The translations under genes and the position numbers were made by a program. Shown here piece after piece: positions 63,300 to 64,000 of a stretch of DNA of 64,000 bases. Origin of the DNA: Chiloscyllium plagiosum (Eukaryota); the NCBI RefSeq assembly GCF_004010195.1, contig NC_057718.1, positions 92,552,540 through 92,616,539 on the forward strand, in the 5' to 3' direction. Within the stretch, counting starts at the first letter, position 1, and every line of letters starts with the position of its first letter. The notes beneath the pieces were generated by a model. The model searched no databases, had not been told where the DNA came from, and saw nothing but the letters and a program-made list of their open reading frames with translations.

Positions 63300-64000
63300 T
63301 GAGGAAGGAAATTTACATCAGTAAGAAGATCGTACTGGAGAAATGAATGGAGGCTGATAGTTAATAAATCCCTAAGACGTTATGATGTACATTCCAGATC
63401 ATTGAAGGAGGTGGCCATAGAGAGTCCATGCATTAGTGACCATCATCTAAAATTCAATAGATTCTGGAACATTTCTGTAATTTGAAGATTCAAAATGTAA
63501 TCTTACCATTTAAGAAGGGAATAAAAGAGGAAATCGAGAACTACAGACCTGTTAGCCTTACACAGTGCTTGAATCTGTTATCAAGGATGGGATAAATAAA
63601 CACTTAGTTTATAATCTGATAGAACAGCAGCATCATGGATTTGATAGAACAGCAGCATCATGGATTTGCAAATGGGAAATTCGTGTTTAGTGAACTTGGC
63701 AAAGTCAATAAACATTCTATTCTTAGATTAGCTGATGGCTTTTGGTGAAGTCCCCAACAGGAAGTTGGTTAGAAAAACAACCATATGAAATAGGGAGTAC
63801 AAATTGGCATGGATTAATAATTGCTAACAGACAGAAAATACAGGAGGAAGAACTGGGTTATTCTTGCATTGGAAGACTAATAAGATGTTGCAGGGATCAG
63901 TGCTTAAGGCCCCAGCTTGTTTATATCAGTGAAATGTAATACTTCCAAATTTGCAGATAAGACAAAGCTAAGTGGCAATGTGTGATTTGAGGAAAATGTA
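63300..64000 (+). mobile_element. Old CR1 RT fragment running off the window
   Basis: ENYRPVSL, QHGF, QGSVL.P and SKFADKTKL remnants. Confidence 0.75.

Noticed and set aside
61515..64000. XRN2 exon 21 or U12-type introns
   Set aside because: No GVALLPF-coding segment was found before the window end, and none of the 20 donors matches the U12 GTATCCTT consensus

Overview
This is vertebrate genomic DNA, not microbial. The repeat content (HE1-type SINE, CR1 LINEs, several Penelope families) points to a cartilaginous fish, which is an inference. The window holds the CpG-island promoter and first 20 coding exons of XRN2 (5'-3' exoribonuclease 2, + strand, ATG at 15513). The 20 exons join in frame across GT-AG introns (1945 nt, about 648 codons), and the gene continues past the window end. 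Most of the rest is transposon debris: CR1, RTE, Rex1-like and L2-like LINE fragments, SINEs, a Harbinger transposase remnant, Tc1/mariner-type MITEs and two solo-LTR-like elements. The most notable non-genic signal is about 13 Penelope-derived terminal repeats from roughly 5 families. Most carry a minimal hammerhead-ribozyme core (CUGAnGA-stem-GAAAC-GUH). Several are 120-230 bp ORF-less insertions flanked by 14-17 bp duplications, and most of these are fold-back hairpins. The Penelope-hammerhead association is established knowledge. Whether these short units move on their own or affect XRN2 pre-mRNA is untested inference.
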